This document shows positions 26,101-38,100 of a DNA stretch of 64,000 nucleotides, piece by piece (the stretch's first letter is position 1; the number at the start of each line of letters is the position of its first letter). The notes under the pieces were generated by a model. The model saw nothing but the letters and a program-made list of their open reading frames with translations, had not been told where the DNA came from and did no database searches. The position numbers and the translations under genes are program-made. This stretch comes from Botryllus schlosseri (Eukaryota), in NCBI GenBank assembly GCA_051294905.1, contig CM119380.1, positions 20,956,001 through 21,020,000 on the forward strand, written 5' to 3'.

Positions 26101-29100
26101 ATAGCCAATGGAAAAAGCCGCCGTTTCTCCCTCCCGTTTTCGACTTGAGCATGCCAACACGATATGCGCCACTACGTCTTATCAGAGTCGGATGAAAAGC
26201 TTTACGTAGCCTACGTATAATAATTAGATAATATGAATATACTTTTAGCGATTAATATAACAAATATAACTAAACTTATACCTTAATTGTAAAATTTTCT
26301 AAATAGCTTTGTGGCCCACCTCATATGCTCCTGTGGCCCACCAGTGGGCCATGGCCCACCCTTTGAGAACCCCTGGCCTAGACGGTTAAGGCGTATGATT
26401 ATATTCCCATGCAAGTCCTCGTCGAATTGTTGACAAAGTGACGGAAGATATTGATTTTATGGGATAATTATATCATTTGATTGCCTCGCAGTTGATACAT
26501 TTGGCGACGTTTAAAAAGTCAGTATGTGAGAGTATGTGGCTCGACTCGGCGCTTGGTATCTTGTACATTAATATATATCCCTTCACTGAAATGTAGGGTC
26601 GGAATTAGCAATATGACGTCACGTGACGTCATGAGGTTCACGCCATCCCTAGTGAGAACCCATATGAATGCCATGATCAGTGATCAGATCACATGCGTAG
26701 GTGGTGGAGCCGAGCATGGTTACGTCAGCAGTATATACCCACTCTAGGGTGTGATACATCAGATACGTGGGGTCAGGGTAGAAAAACGAGCCAGTGCCTC
26801 ATCTGTCGTCGGGAGTGAATAAAATTTGTGCAACCTTCAATTGCTATCGGTATTTTGTAACGATGTTCATGAATAACTAGATTTTGAACATTTTTCTCCC
26901 AAATTAAGACAATTTCCGTATTTATTGTTCGAAAATAAAGCGCGAAACGAGAGGTATTAAGGCACAGACGGGCCAAGTCTCATCATTGATAGCGTAATTC
27001 GTCGCAAATATCTTCGTATTTATTATTACTGATATTAATCGAATGCAGCTGTCGCACTGATTCTGAAAATATGAATACTGATGGACTTCTCAAATTCTTA
27101 AAGTATTCGGTGGTAACATGTAATGGTGCGCTGCAAGCCTACTCTTTATCCTCGGTACTTACAAAGCTACTTACTAATCAAGGACGTGGATATAGCTATG
27201 GCGTTGTTCGTAATTCGAGTTGGTAATTATGCATGCCACTTCCACCCACGACAGTTCTTTTCTCACCTTAGATTAGAAAGACAACGTGTAATTAAAAACT
27301 ACATTTTTATACAGGCATCACCATATATGCTATTCTCTTTGATCAATCAATGTATCGTACAACCCAAGATTTTGAGTCGACTACATCGAATTCACGGGTG
27401 ATATTGGTCGCCGGCGCAACAGCAATTTAAATTTGAGGATTGTGAAAAGGAGGTTCCTAGTCCCTAACCCCGAATACGGCATTGTCTTTACCTATCGAAG
27501 ACATGTTTAATTGTTTATACTGCCACGAGAATAGTTATTCTGGCCGTGGTGAAAATTTAGTAGTTCATACAATGTTGATCAATTCAATATAAAATTAACA
27601 ATTTGGCATCTTGCACCCAAATGAGCCATATATGCAGGCCGTGTTATTTTTGGCATATGCCAAAACTGCCCAAAATAACTTATTTTTGGCATTTTCGATT
27701 TTTATTTTTGGCAGTTTTGGCATCGTCCTCTAAATAGATAGTTTCAGCCTCGAATTAGTCACAAAAACGCTTTATTTGGGCTAGTTTGTCAAAAGACACC
27801 ACAAAATGTGCAGCATCCACGTATAATCAGTGCCAACAAACAATAAGAAGAAGAAAAAACCTAACGACTTCATAGGTTAATAATAGCAAACGAAACCACA
27901 AAATGTGCAGTATCCATCGGAATCGGTGCCAATAAGCAAAAAAAAAAGAAAAGCCTAACAAACACGCTCAATAGCTGATTGTTACAGCTGTTGAATAGAC
28001 TTAAATCGTTTGCACTGTAACAGTGCTTCCAAACTCAGGTCAGCTAAGTTTCTCCTATATTCATTTCTCGCCCAGCGAATCAGGGAAATATCGGCTTCAA
28101 CAGTAGCCGTTGAGGGAAAGAATGTTGCCAGTCATCCACAAAAGGTGTTCAGAGCTGCAAGATCTTTGGAGGGCCGAACAGGCTTCCATGCATTATGAAA
28201 AGAGATCACTTCGCCAGTGCCATCGATCTCATCGCGGAAAGAATTTTCTTCCTGATCCTTTTCCAGGAGTTTTCAGTGTTGTCTCTCAACACATTTTATT
28301 TAGTAGCCCGACTATCATTTCTCCTTCAGTCTACCGATATATTTTCGGAATACTTTCGTCACTTCAGGTGGCTTTAATATTACCAACTCGCATGGAAGAG
28401 TCCTGGGAAGGTTAGCTTGTTTAAGAACATTGACGCAACAAGACTGTCTGGCAAAACGAGACTATGCAGCTCAGAAATAGCCAGAGAGTTTGTTGCGTCA
28501 CAATGCTTAACTCGATCACAATGCAAAAATCGTGGTTGAATTTGGGGGTTCCAGTTCCATGAGCAGAATATAATTTATATATTAATGATCAGTACTGCGG
28601 CAGCTTCTCATTGATACCCGTTTTACCAAATTTAGCGCTCGACAAGCCGGTCAAAAATGGTCGTAAAATTGCTTTTGGACAATGGAATGGAATGGAAAGT
28701 ATGACGTAAACCAAATACAGTCAGCCGTTCAATCTCGCTGTGCCCACACCATTTAGGACACCATGCTTTCACCCCTAATGGGTGGGCTGGACCCAGATTA
28801 GGAAACCTGCCTTTCACAAACGCTCTTCTCGCTTGTAACGCGGTCCTGTTAACACAATACCACGAATGAAATACACTATTTGGCAGTCCGTGTTATTTTT
28901 GGCATATGCCAAAAATTGCTTATTTTTGGCATTTTAAAATTTTTATTTTTGGCAGTTTTGGCATCTGGCTCCTGAAATGCCAAAAATAACACGGCCTGCA
29001 TATATGGCTCGCGAGCCATAGGTTCCCGACCCCCGATGTATAGGATATCTCGTGTGTAGCTCGGGCTCACATCTTGCTTGGAAAGTTTACTTGTTCCGAG

Positions 29101-32100
29101 GTTCATCATCACCATCAGCATATATATTCTACATTTGCAGCAAATGTAACAGTCAACGGCACACCATACATCCTCGAACTAGTGGACACCGCCGGCCAAG
29201 AGGATTACGACCGGCTGAGACCACTTTCCTATAATAAAGCGGACATATTTCTCGTTTGCTTTTCCGTAGTGGTTCCTTCTTCATATAATAACGTGAAGGA
29301 AACGTGGATACCCGAACTACACAACACAAAGTCGAACGTACCTTTTCTCCTGGTAGGTTTTTGGCGCATTGATCGTTACCTGAATTATGTTGAACGAATC
29401 ACATGGTGTTGTGTTGGCAAATGTCCTAATTGCGGTACTTCGCGGATTGCGGATATTTTCACGTGATTCATTATATTTGTATCTCATTAACTGGGTGGGC
29501 GGCCTTATTCATGCTTATGTCTATGTATTCCCTTATGCTTATGACCCCATCAGTATATGTCATTATCATACGTTATATATAACCAAATAATATTCAGTGA
29601 CTCGGGTACGTGCGAAGTTACGGATTGGTTGGTGACATCACAATCCTAAGAATATGAATCGAATCACAAATCGCATATAGTCAACTTCCGCGCAACTGTT
29701 GCGGTGTCTGTGTATTGCTTCGTCATTCAACGCTAGAAATATCCGCATTGGTTGTGTCGGGGAAACGATTGCTCGAACGGTATGAGTTATTTTTATTTAT
29801 GAAATCGAAGCACTGCCAGGGTTGATCTGCTGTTGCTGACGCGATTCATGTGCCGACCTAATTCATATACCACATGCAAATGAAAAGAAGGCAACGCCTG
29901 TAGCCTTTTCTATATGAATTCGAGGTTTTCCGAAACGGTATTATATCCCGATTGTAACCGTATTCCACATTTTCGTGATGTTAGGCCATGCGGGCATAGG
30001 AACCGGCACAACGCTTCAACGCATTTGGCGTCCCACAGCAACTTACGATCAGATGAAGCTATTCGACTATTGTTGATGTTCGGCTTCCAAACTGTTGCTC
30101 CTAATCGAATGGCATTTCCATGAAGTTGTGATCAAAGCACGGTATTGCCACAAAGTGACATGAAATAGGTATAGTCGAATTCTCAAAATAAATACCAAAT
30201 TCCAGTGATGTGGTATAGCTAGAACATTAGATTATTGTCTTGAGATTACATAAATCATATATTTGAAATTTCCCAACCATCCATACCGTTAGGGCGTTAT
30301 GATGGATAGGAATGCTCAAATAATCGACTGGAAACGTAGCCTAGAACCCGATTCGGAATCGAATCACTCGGGTATATCTATTTGCCCATGCGGTCCTACT
30401 TATAATCGATATTGCTACGCCCGCTTTTTGCTATCCTGGTATTAATCATCGTTTCCCGCTGTATCTAGCACGGACGCGTTGGTGCAACGTAGCGGATAAT
30501 ATTACCCATAGGTAGTTAAAAATGTTTATGCAATGATCATAGGTGTTGTGAGATTAGTCATAGGCTACTACGAAATCTAATGCATCCTATCATAATCAAA
30601 CTATCACAAGAGCAAAAAGTAAATAGTTTAGCCTAAAAACTGTTCAAGCAGCCTAAGATAACCACTTATAGAGTTTGAGTAGTACAGGACACAGGTAGGC
30701 AAAACCTATGTGAATGAGTGCTCCAAAAAGTACCGAATAATTCGTTACTGCCCACCTGTACACTTCACTAGATCACTACATACCTACAATACATGCTTCG
30801 CTACTGATATTGTAAATCTTTCTTATTTATATACCACTCCATGTCATGGGTGTAGGCAAGATTGAAATTCGCGAATGCGGCAAAAAATTCCAACAACGGC
30901 GTGAGATGCCACGTATCGATTGTGACGTTGCGAACGCACAATGCGCAAGTCCGGACTTCCAGAGCCGATAGCGAATCTTTCCCATTGCGGCTACGGGCTA
31001 CACCAACGAACCCACCGCAGAATTCAGCGGTGATATTACGGCCCCCCGCATATCCACAACGTAACTAGAATAGGACGTACATCAAATTCGCATGAGGCGA
31101 CCTCGCATTGTTTACAGACGTGGTAACATATTCGGAAATAAACTGCGGTTGCGATATGCCAGTTGCGGGCGCATTTCGATGGGCCGCTGCGACTGCTCCT
31201 CGCGTGCAGCAAATATTCCGATATAACTCGGCGTGTTGCTATTTTAAGAAAGTGAAATCGAAATATCGGTGTTACGCTAAACGACACATGGCCGGCGACA
31301 AGTCACTAGAAACCAAACATACTATTCTCACTGAAACGCAGAAGTGGTCAGTAATGAAGTACTTCTTCCGAATATTCAAGAAAATTTTACATATTTGTAT
31401 TACTCACCAGGTCGATATAATTTCAGACTGCTTCCACTTCTACTTGACATGTTTTTCGGCCAAACTAATTACGTTTTACAGTTAGTATTTCAAGAGCTTC
31501 CTGGAGGTACAAAACTTGAACATACAAGTGAATAGTATATTCAATATTCATATTGATAAACCCGAATATTTTCAGTGTCATCGTCAGCCGAAAATATTCG
31601 GGTTTATTTGAATATGAATATTAAATATACCACGTATTCAATTGCACTTCAAATTTCGTGAAGTAGAAAGTAGTTTAGGGATGTACTCTCATAACTTTGA
31701 AATTATCAGGAAAACTAGGCGAAAGAGCCCCCTGCTAGAAGTACGCTACCACTAGGGTTGCATTTAAAACAAACGGTGTTTTAAAACACTTTGTTTAAAA
31801 CATTTTTTAAACAGTGTGTTAAAAGAAGGTCTTTCAAAAAAATTGTTTTATCAAGTTGTAAAATTATGCCATAATTGTGTAAATGCTTTACAAAAATACG
31901 TTGTATGAGCCTACGGAGAATTAACACCCGACATAGCCGACGTATATCGATATGGGATGGTTGGAATCCTCAAAATAGTCGGTTCAATAGCATAGTACAT
32001 ATATTTCTTCGAAGGAGCTATTTTTACCCTATATTTTCAATTGTCAATGTCAATCCACTATGGCGTCACAATTGAAAATTCGTGACGTCAAGGCTTTAAA

Positions 32101-32799
32101 AACACATAGAAAACATGTTTTAAATCAGGGCTTTGTTTTAAACGTGTTTGTTTTACATTGAATTTTGTTTTAAATGCAACCCTAGCTACCGCCGACTAGC
32201 CAACCAAATCATCTTTTTGAAACTACTTGAGTAGTTTTCATATCTTCGTTTTGTACTTCTACTCAAGTCAGTTTGATTTTGTCTTTGAAATCGCTACGTC
32301 TCTTGTAACGGAGCAGAAACGTTCGACGATACTTCTACTTCTACCGGATATACTGATCTTCATATTCTACTTCCGGATAAGTAGTTTTGAAATGTTTCGA
32401 ATATTCTACTTCCACTTGCACCTTGGCAGAAATTTACCGCGTTACTTCTTCTTGAGTCGCACTGCCGACTACTCAGACCACATCTGCTGAAAAGCAGCTG
32501 CGATGCGCAGAATCCATTTCGCCCATGAATAAATCATGCATATGTATCAGGTCGGGACGCAAATCGATTTACGCGACGATCCGAAGGTGCTGCAGGACCT
32601 GCACTCCAAAAAGCAAAAGCCCATCACGAAAGAGGCCGGGCAGAAGATAGCCAAAAAGCTGGGCGCGGCTGGCTATCAGGAGTGCTCCGCGCTCACAATG
32701 CTTGGCATCAAGGAGGTATTCGACGAGAGTATTTACGTCATTCTGAATCCGGACGAAAAGAAGTTAACCGCCACGAAACACTGCTGTTCGATATCGTAG
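23125..32799 (+). CDS. Rho-family GTPase, Cdc42 subfamily (RhoJ/RhoQ-like), 3 exons, 203 aa
   Basis: Exons 23125-23275, 29141-29352, 32551-32799, phase-consistent. [39 protein letters not shown]. The C-terminal CCSIS resembles the RhoJ/RhoQ CC-aaX end. Confidence 0.92.
24540..26651. mobile_element. hAT element (TAGGGATGG family) carrying a nested hAT insertion
   Basis: TIR TAGGGATGGYGTGAAC. Perfect TSD GTGAGAAC (24532-24539, 26652-26659). GTGAACGCGAA subterminal repeats. Confidence 0.93.
25114..26375. mobile_element. Non-autonomous hAT element nested in 24540-26651
   Basis: TIR CAGGGGTTCTCA. Perfect TSD GCCTAGAC (25106-25113, 26376-26383). GTGGCCCA subterminal repeats. Confidence 0.93.
27635..28998 (-). 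mobile_element. hAT-like element (CAGGCCGTG family) with a transposase C-terminal pseudogene fragment
   Basis: TIR CAGGCCGTGTTATTTTTGGCA. Perfect TSD CATATATG (27627-27634, 28999-29006). The minus-strand remnant is at 28371-27982. Confidence 0.92.
27982..28371 (-). pseudogene. hAT-type transposase C-terminus, 130 in-frame codons with 5 internal stops
   Basis: ...[97 protein letters not shown]. The P-x-T-x-x-V-E-x-x-x-S...R..L...SLE pattern is that of the hAT dimerization domain. Confidence 0.8.
31536..31629. repeat. ~94-bp imperfect palindrome (mini-MITE-like)
   Basis: TATATTCAATATTCATATTGATAAACCCGAATATTTTC ... GAAAATATTCGGGTTTATTTGAATATGAATATTAAATATA. A right-arm copy lies at ~57761-57800. 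Confidence 0.7.
31753..32184. mobile_element. hAT MITE (TAGGGTTGCATTTAAAACA TIR)
   Basis: 19-bp TIR. TSD GCTACCAC/GCTACCGC (7/8). TTTTAAAAC repeats. Confidence 0.88.
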
Positions 32800-35136
32800 T
32801 GTATTTATTCGCCGGAGACGGCACTCGGAATAATTGAACTCCCGTGTGATGGAAAACGACGCAGAGCTGCTGTTCGGGAATTTCAGTCCGAATCATCTTA
32901 CTAAGCGACATCGAGTATAACAGCAATCGGCAAAGATGCGGGCGTATTGATCACAGTAAAGTCATTCCGACATGATGTCCGGCGTTTAGAGCATAGCTCG
33001 CGGTCGGACAGCTTCCGGTCTGTGGGCGTGTATGAACTATCTGAAACTGTACTGATTGAATAAATACGAAACGTAGGCGGCATACTTTACATTTTGCAAT
33101 TCGCGTCATGTTAGAGAATTCGGCCAAGTATGTTTACACGCGTTACAACTGTACTTGGTAGTGGTCTAGTTGATCTGTCGTTACTAGAACAAATCGACTC
33201 GAATCGTTATGCCCAATGCCCATCCCTACTAACTAACTTAGTACTCGTGCGGGCATTGTATGAATATATTTTGGTCAATGTGATCATTATCCAGTATTAC
33301 ATCACGAGTAACCGAGCCGCATTACTTATTACAGCACAGTAGTCGAGTTCTCTGACATCACGCCAAAATGCCTACCTTAATTTCCTCTTTAGATCCGCTC
33401 GCGATGATCACCATTGCGGACGTAAGTGGAGATAGGGGCGAGGCTTACTCGACTGCGTGTCAGATTGTCAGTATCATGCCTTCGCCAGCTGGTAAAACAC
33501 TGTAAACTCCCCAATCACGTTCATAGCTGCAAGTGATCAATATGCACCCATAACCTGAAATCGAGCGTTGTTGGCAAGCTCATCTTCGACTGGACAAATC
33601 TCGATGTCGTGATACATAGACCCAAATCACGATTGAAGAATTTACCGCGCTGAGCAACTCCATTGTCATTACTATATTCTTGTCAGCGATTTGGTTTATC
33701 GCAGTTTGATGCTGTCTGCGTATCGGACGCGTGCTTTTTTGTATTTTTGACATTTATTTATTTAATCGTCACAGGTCGTCTGTGCTATATTGCATTATCA
33801 CACATACCGTTTTATAGTTTGCCTCGTTACAAATCGATCGACCTCTATCGAAATATTTAACATACGTAAATGATAAAAGTGGTAACGTACGGTAATTGAA
33901 AAACCAATTGCATCGGATGATAAATCCACCTCTCATCCTAGGTGGGAAATTTCGACGCAACGATCTGTATGGCTATGAAATATGACCAATGCGCGTGACT
34001 ATCCGCTTGCAAATTTCTGGCGGGTTCAGGCCTGTTTCGACGTATCATCGAAATCGTCAATGACTGGCGTACTTGATCTCCTCTCACGTATTTTATCAGT
34101 ATTCGTGACGTCGTTTGATTGCCGAAAATTTCTTGCCGATCCTATTTTCCAGTAGATGTTGATGTCGGTGTTAGCTAGATAGCTATCCGTCAGAACAGAC
34201 TATTTTCTACAGCTGTTTACCGCAAAGGCAAATAGGAACTTCGCCTATATCCGATGGTCACAGGCCCAGTGTAAATTCCTTTCCATTTTACCTTCACCGA
34301 TTGAGTGTTTTGCATGATAACACACCACACTTACGCTACGTACTATATACACATTTGATCTCTCGCGGTTATTGGTAAGTTCACTGTCTAGGCTTACAAG
34401 CAGAAAGCCGCGTATCGGCAGGGGGCGTCAATGGAAACCCAGTGTTTTTACTTCCTTGTAGGCTACGCCGATTGTGTTGCCGTAACATGAAATTCAGTCT
34501 ATGCTTCGAAAATGGCGTTTTATTGTTTCGATTTATTACCAGCTCAGCAGCGAAAAGATAGATTGCTAGCTAACAGTGAGTACAATATTGCCACCGACTC
34601 GAAATATATCTATGTGCTTTACAGTATACAATCTATATTCCATATATATATGCATCCAAAACAAAAAAACTAAGGCTTCGAACAATAACAATCTTTGACC
34701 GATTGTGCGGTAATAAGTTACGCGACTGCGCAAGTGAAAAGACAATCTTTTATATCTTGTATAAAGCTATGTTTTCGTGACCAAGAAAGGCCCAGTATCA
34801 CGTGCCAGAAGACACGACTTCAGGTGGCGTGCATCTATTTCACGGATCCTTCCGTATAAGTCGATCAAGATGGCTGAACCGAAATAGCTACTGGACACGA
34901 ATGGTTTTGATATCAAGTCGAAATACGCGTAGATACGTGATGTGGCGTGTGACGTGGTCCGCCGAAAGATGAGTCATGAAGTCGTTGGTAAACACAGCTA
35001 CACGAGGGATTGTATTGGATACCGCGGTTTCAAAATAAATAATAGTTAACGGCGAGTGCACGGCCGGCATTGGTCCCACGCGTCCTACCGGCAACCGTGG
35101 CCGCCGGCGGAAATTACCGATGGCGGGTGTCGTAAA

Positions 35137-38100
35137 TTAGTATTCGAAGTTAGTCGGCACGTTGGCGACATTGCGTAAATGCTTCGGTTGCAGCATGGCT
35201 CCGTTGTTGGCGATGTGGTGGTCTTGCTGTTCGCGCTTCAGGAATCTTGCCGCGATTCTAAATTTCGAAAGCATGATTTTTTTATGAAGCTACTCGAGTA
35301 GAAGTAATGCCGTAAATTTCGACTCAATTATAAGTAGAAGTAGCAATTTTGGACACTTGTCAAAATACGTCAAGTGGAAGTAGAAATGAAAGGTTCGAAT
35401 CCGTAAAGTACAAAAGGACTACAAATAGTAGATTAGATCCAGCGGTTTAGCAGAATTGCTAGATGTATCTTCGCGACTGATGGAAAAGGACTGACATTGC
35501 AGGTGGATTTTTCAAAAATAGAGTCCGTCGCCGTGGTACATGGGCAATTACTCCTTTACACGCGACTCTTATGACAAGCTCACTCATATAAGAGCTTTGC
35601 AAACTTATCCCAAAACGACTGACTACTTTTTAAAATCTAAATTGTAAAAATTAAGGTATTTTGCCTAACCCGAAATAGGCCTACTATTCAAGTGGAAATG
35701 GAATAAGCTTGGAAATAACCACTTCAGTAAATAGCTCAAGGTAGCAAAACATACTTGACCACATAAAAAGTACTTCGTTACTGACCACCTCTGGCCGTAA
35801 CGTAGTACGACATTGGCGAGATAGCGTAGTGGTATAATCGACAGCTACAACACCAATGGGTTTTGGGTTCGACTCCAGAATTCCTACCCAAGTGTTGGAG
35901 GTTTATCTAGGCTCCTTCTCGCCATCTTATCCGCGTAAGTGGTGTCTTAGAAAAGGCCTAGAAGTGGTCCGTGCTACAAGTCGGCAGTTACGGAATCCAA
36001 AAATAAGGAATATCGACATGGTGTAAATGACCATTGTAGTCGAAAAACACCGTGAATACCATAAACAACAGCAACAGCACGACATTAATATTCCGCCGTT
36101 TACGTTATGTTAATCGCCGAAGACGCTCATTGTTCATTCGCTCAGTGTGACGTCCAAGTCGCGGTAAGATATTGTCACTTATTGTTGCGATCACCTACAT
36201 TCCATATCATAGATTCGGTACAACCATTACATAATCGTGACGTTGACGTGACCAAATTTGCGGGTGACACATTAATCTCTGGTAATTAACGCGTACGGTA
36301 TTGCTCACCGTTCATTTAATGAATAGACGACGTAGCCTTGCCCCGAAAAGACGCAAAATACTTGAATGTAGGCGAGACATCGTGACGATGGGCAAGATAT
36401 TACCATTACAAACGGATATTAGTTCGATCACTCGTTATATGTTACGATTCGTTGCATGCTATAGATAGCAGAGCGACCGTCACGTATAAGCAAGACACGG
36501 ATTCTCACTCGCCTCAGAATAAGGCGGAGCATGGACTGCAGCCGGATTGGATATCCGGCCGTACTTTTTCATTTTTGACCGAAGCCGGAACAGTAATTTT
36601 ACCGATACGGCCGAAGCCGGACCAGAGAAATGAAAAACAGGATCGAAGTCGTACCAGAGAATGTGTCGATCCGCTCTGCACTACTAGGAAGTGCAGTTTT
36701 TCTCTATTGCACTTATGCGCTGTGGTCGAAATCGGCGAAACACGCAATTTGTGTTTACAGTTTACATTGTACAATAAATACTGTACAAGTGTATAATGTA
36801 CAATTGTACATACTGCTGAACGAGCCTGCCGCCTTCTTCCTGTTCCTTCAATCTGTAAAGTTCTTGCTGTCTCGGATCCACGTATTCCATCAGATCCAGG
36901 GCCTCTTTTACGCGTCGCAAAATTTCGAAATTCTCTCGTCCGCGTATCTAAAAACGAAGTCGCCTCGATAACGCATGGAAATCCGAGAATATACATTTAA
37001 ACAGCTCGCAAGATGAAATGTTAGCAGTTCGGTTCTAAGTTATTAAAATTCGGGCCGCGACCCTTCGAACGTGAATGTGACAGGGTTGCCAGATTAACCC
37101 TTTTGTGGCCACATCCCAAAATTTGGCTCTTTTTAGAGGCAGTTGGCCCCCAAAATTAATTTGGCCCCTTGACCCTTTATTTTCAATATTTGGCTCTTAT
37201 TCGAGGCAATTGAGACATACCATCGAACTGGCTATTCGAATAAATGTATCTCGCAAATTGAGCCGACAATGTTTATGCCAATGTCAAAGATTCGAGTGGA
37301 AACACTGTAGCAGATGAAGATTTGGAATTGTTTTAGTAGAATGTAGAGGTAGAATATGTTTGAATGGTAAATACAGATTTGTGAACAGTTGAACGAAAAA
37401 GCATCGAACATGGCTGGAAGCTAAGTAGCAGAAAAGGTCTGAAGAAGACTACCCTTATAGTACTTATTGATTGATTGAAATTTCAAAGAAAAAAACTTCA
37501 ACATAACCGGATAGTTTTTTGATGAAAAACCTAAAAATTAAGTATATATGTTGGATAAGTTTCAAATGTAAAGAATCTATTCTCTCAATTTTTATTTAAA
37601 ATTCATAAAATTTAATCACTTTCATATAATAACACTAAAAGTTATACATTTTACGATTTTATATTCTAGTGGAAAAGGCTTGAAACAATACGGTAGCATT
37701 TATTGTAGTTGGATCCAGTGTAGTTGTAGGTAGTGAATTTGGTGTCCTACAAATAGTATCAACAATATAAAACTGGAATTCCAGGTGATTGACAAAGGTA
37801 TATGGGTAATTTTGCAACGTTATTGAGCAATTCGGCCTTTTTTGGCCCCTTTTTTCGGCGCAGTTTGGCCCATTTTTCTCAAAAGATGTCTGGCAACCCT
37901 GGAATGTGAGATTTTGCTATTTAGACCTAACAAGCAATAACCGGCGGGGATAATACACAGGACCAAAGCTGCAGCATCAATGGGTTGCTGGTTCAAGTCC
38001 AACCGAGGTCAAGTCCCGAATTCCTACCTAAGTGTTGGAGGTTTATCTCGGCTCCTCGCCATCACATCCGTGTAAGCGGTGTCGTACAAAAGCCTATATG

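Noticed and set aside
27982-28371. Alternative genetic code or readthrough explaining the stops in the transposase remnant
   Set aside because: All three stop types occur, and one TGA is a sense codon in the sister copy; ordinary pseudogenisation.
35815-35880. Possible tRNA genes at the A/B-box sites (also 19200-19279, 52430-52511)
   Set aside because: No proper cloverleaf, and shared non-tRNA bodies follow; these are SINE heads.
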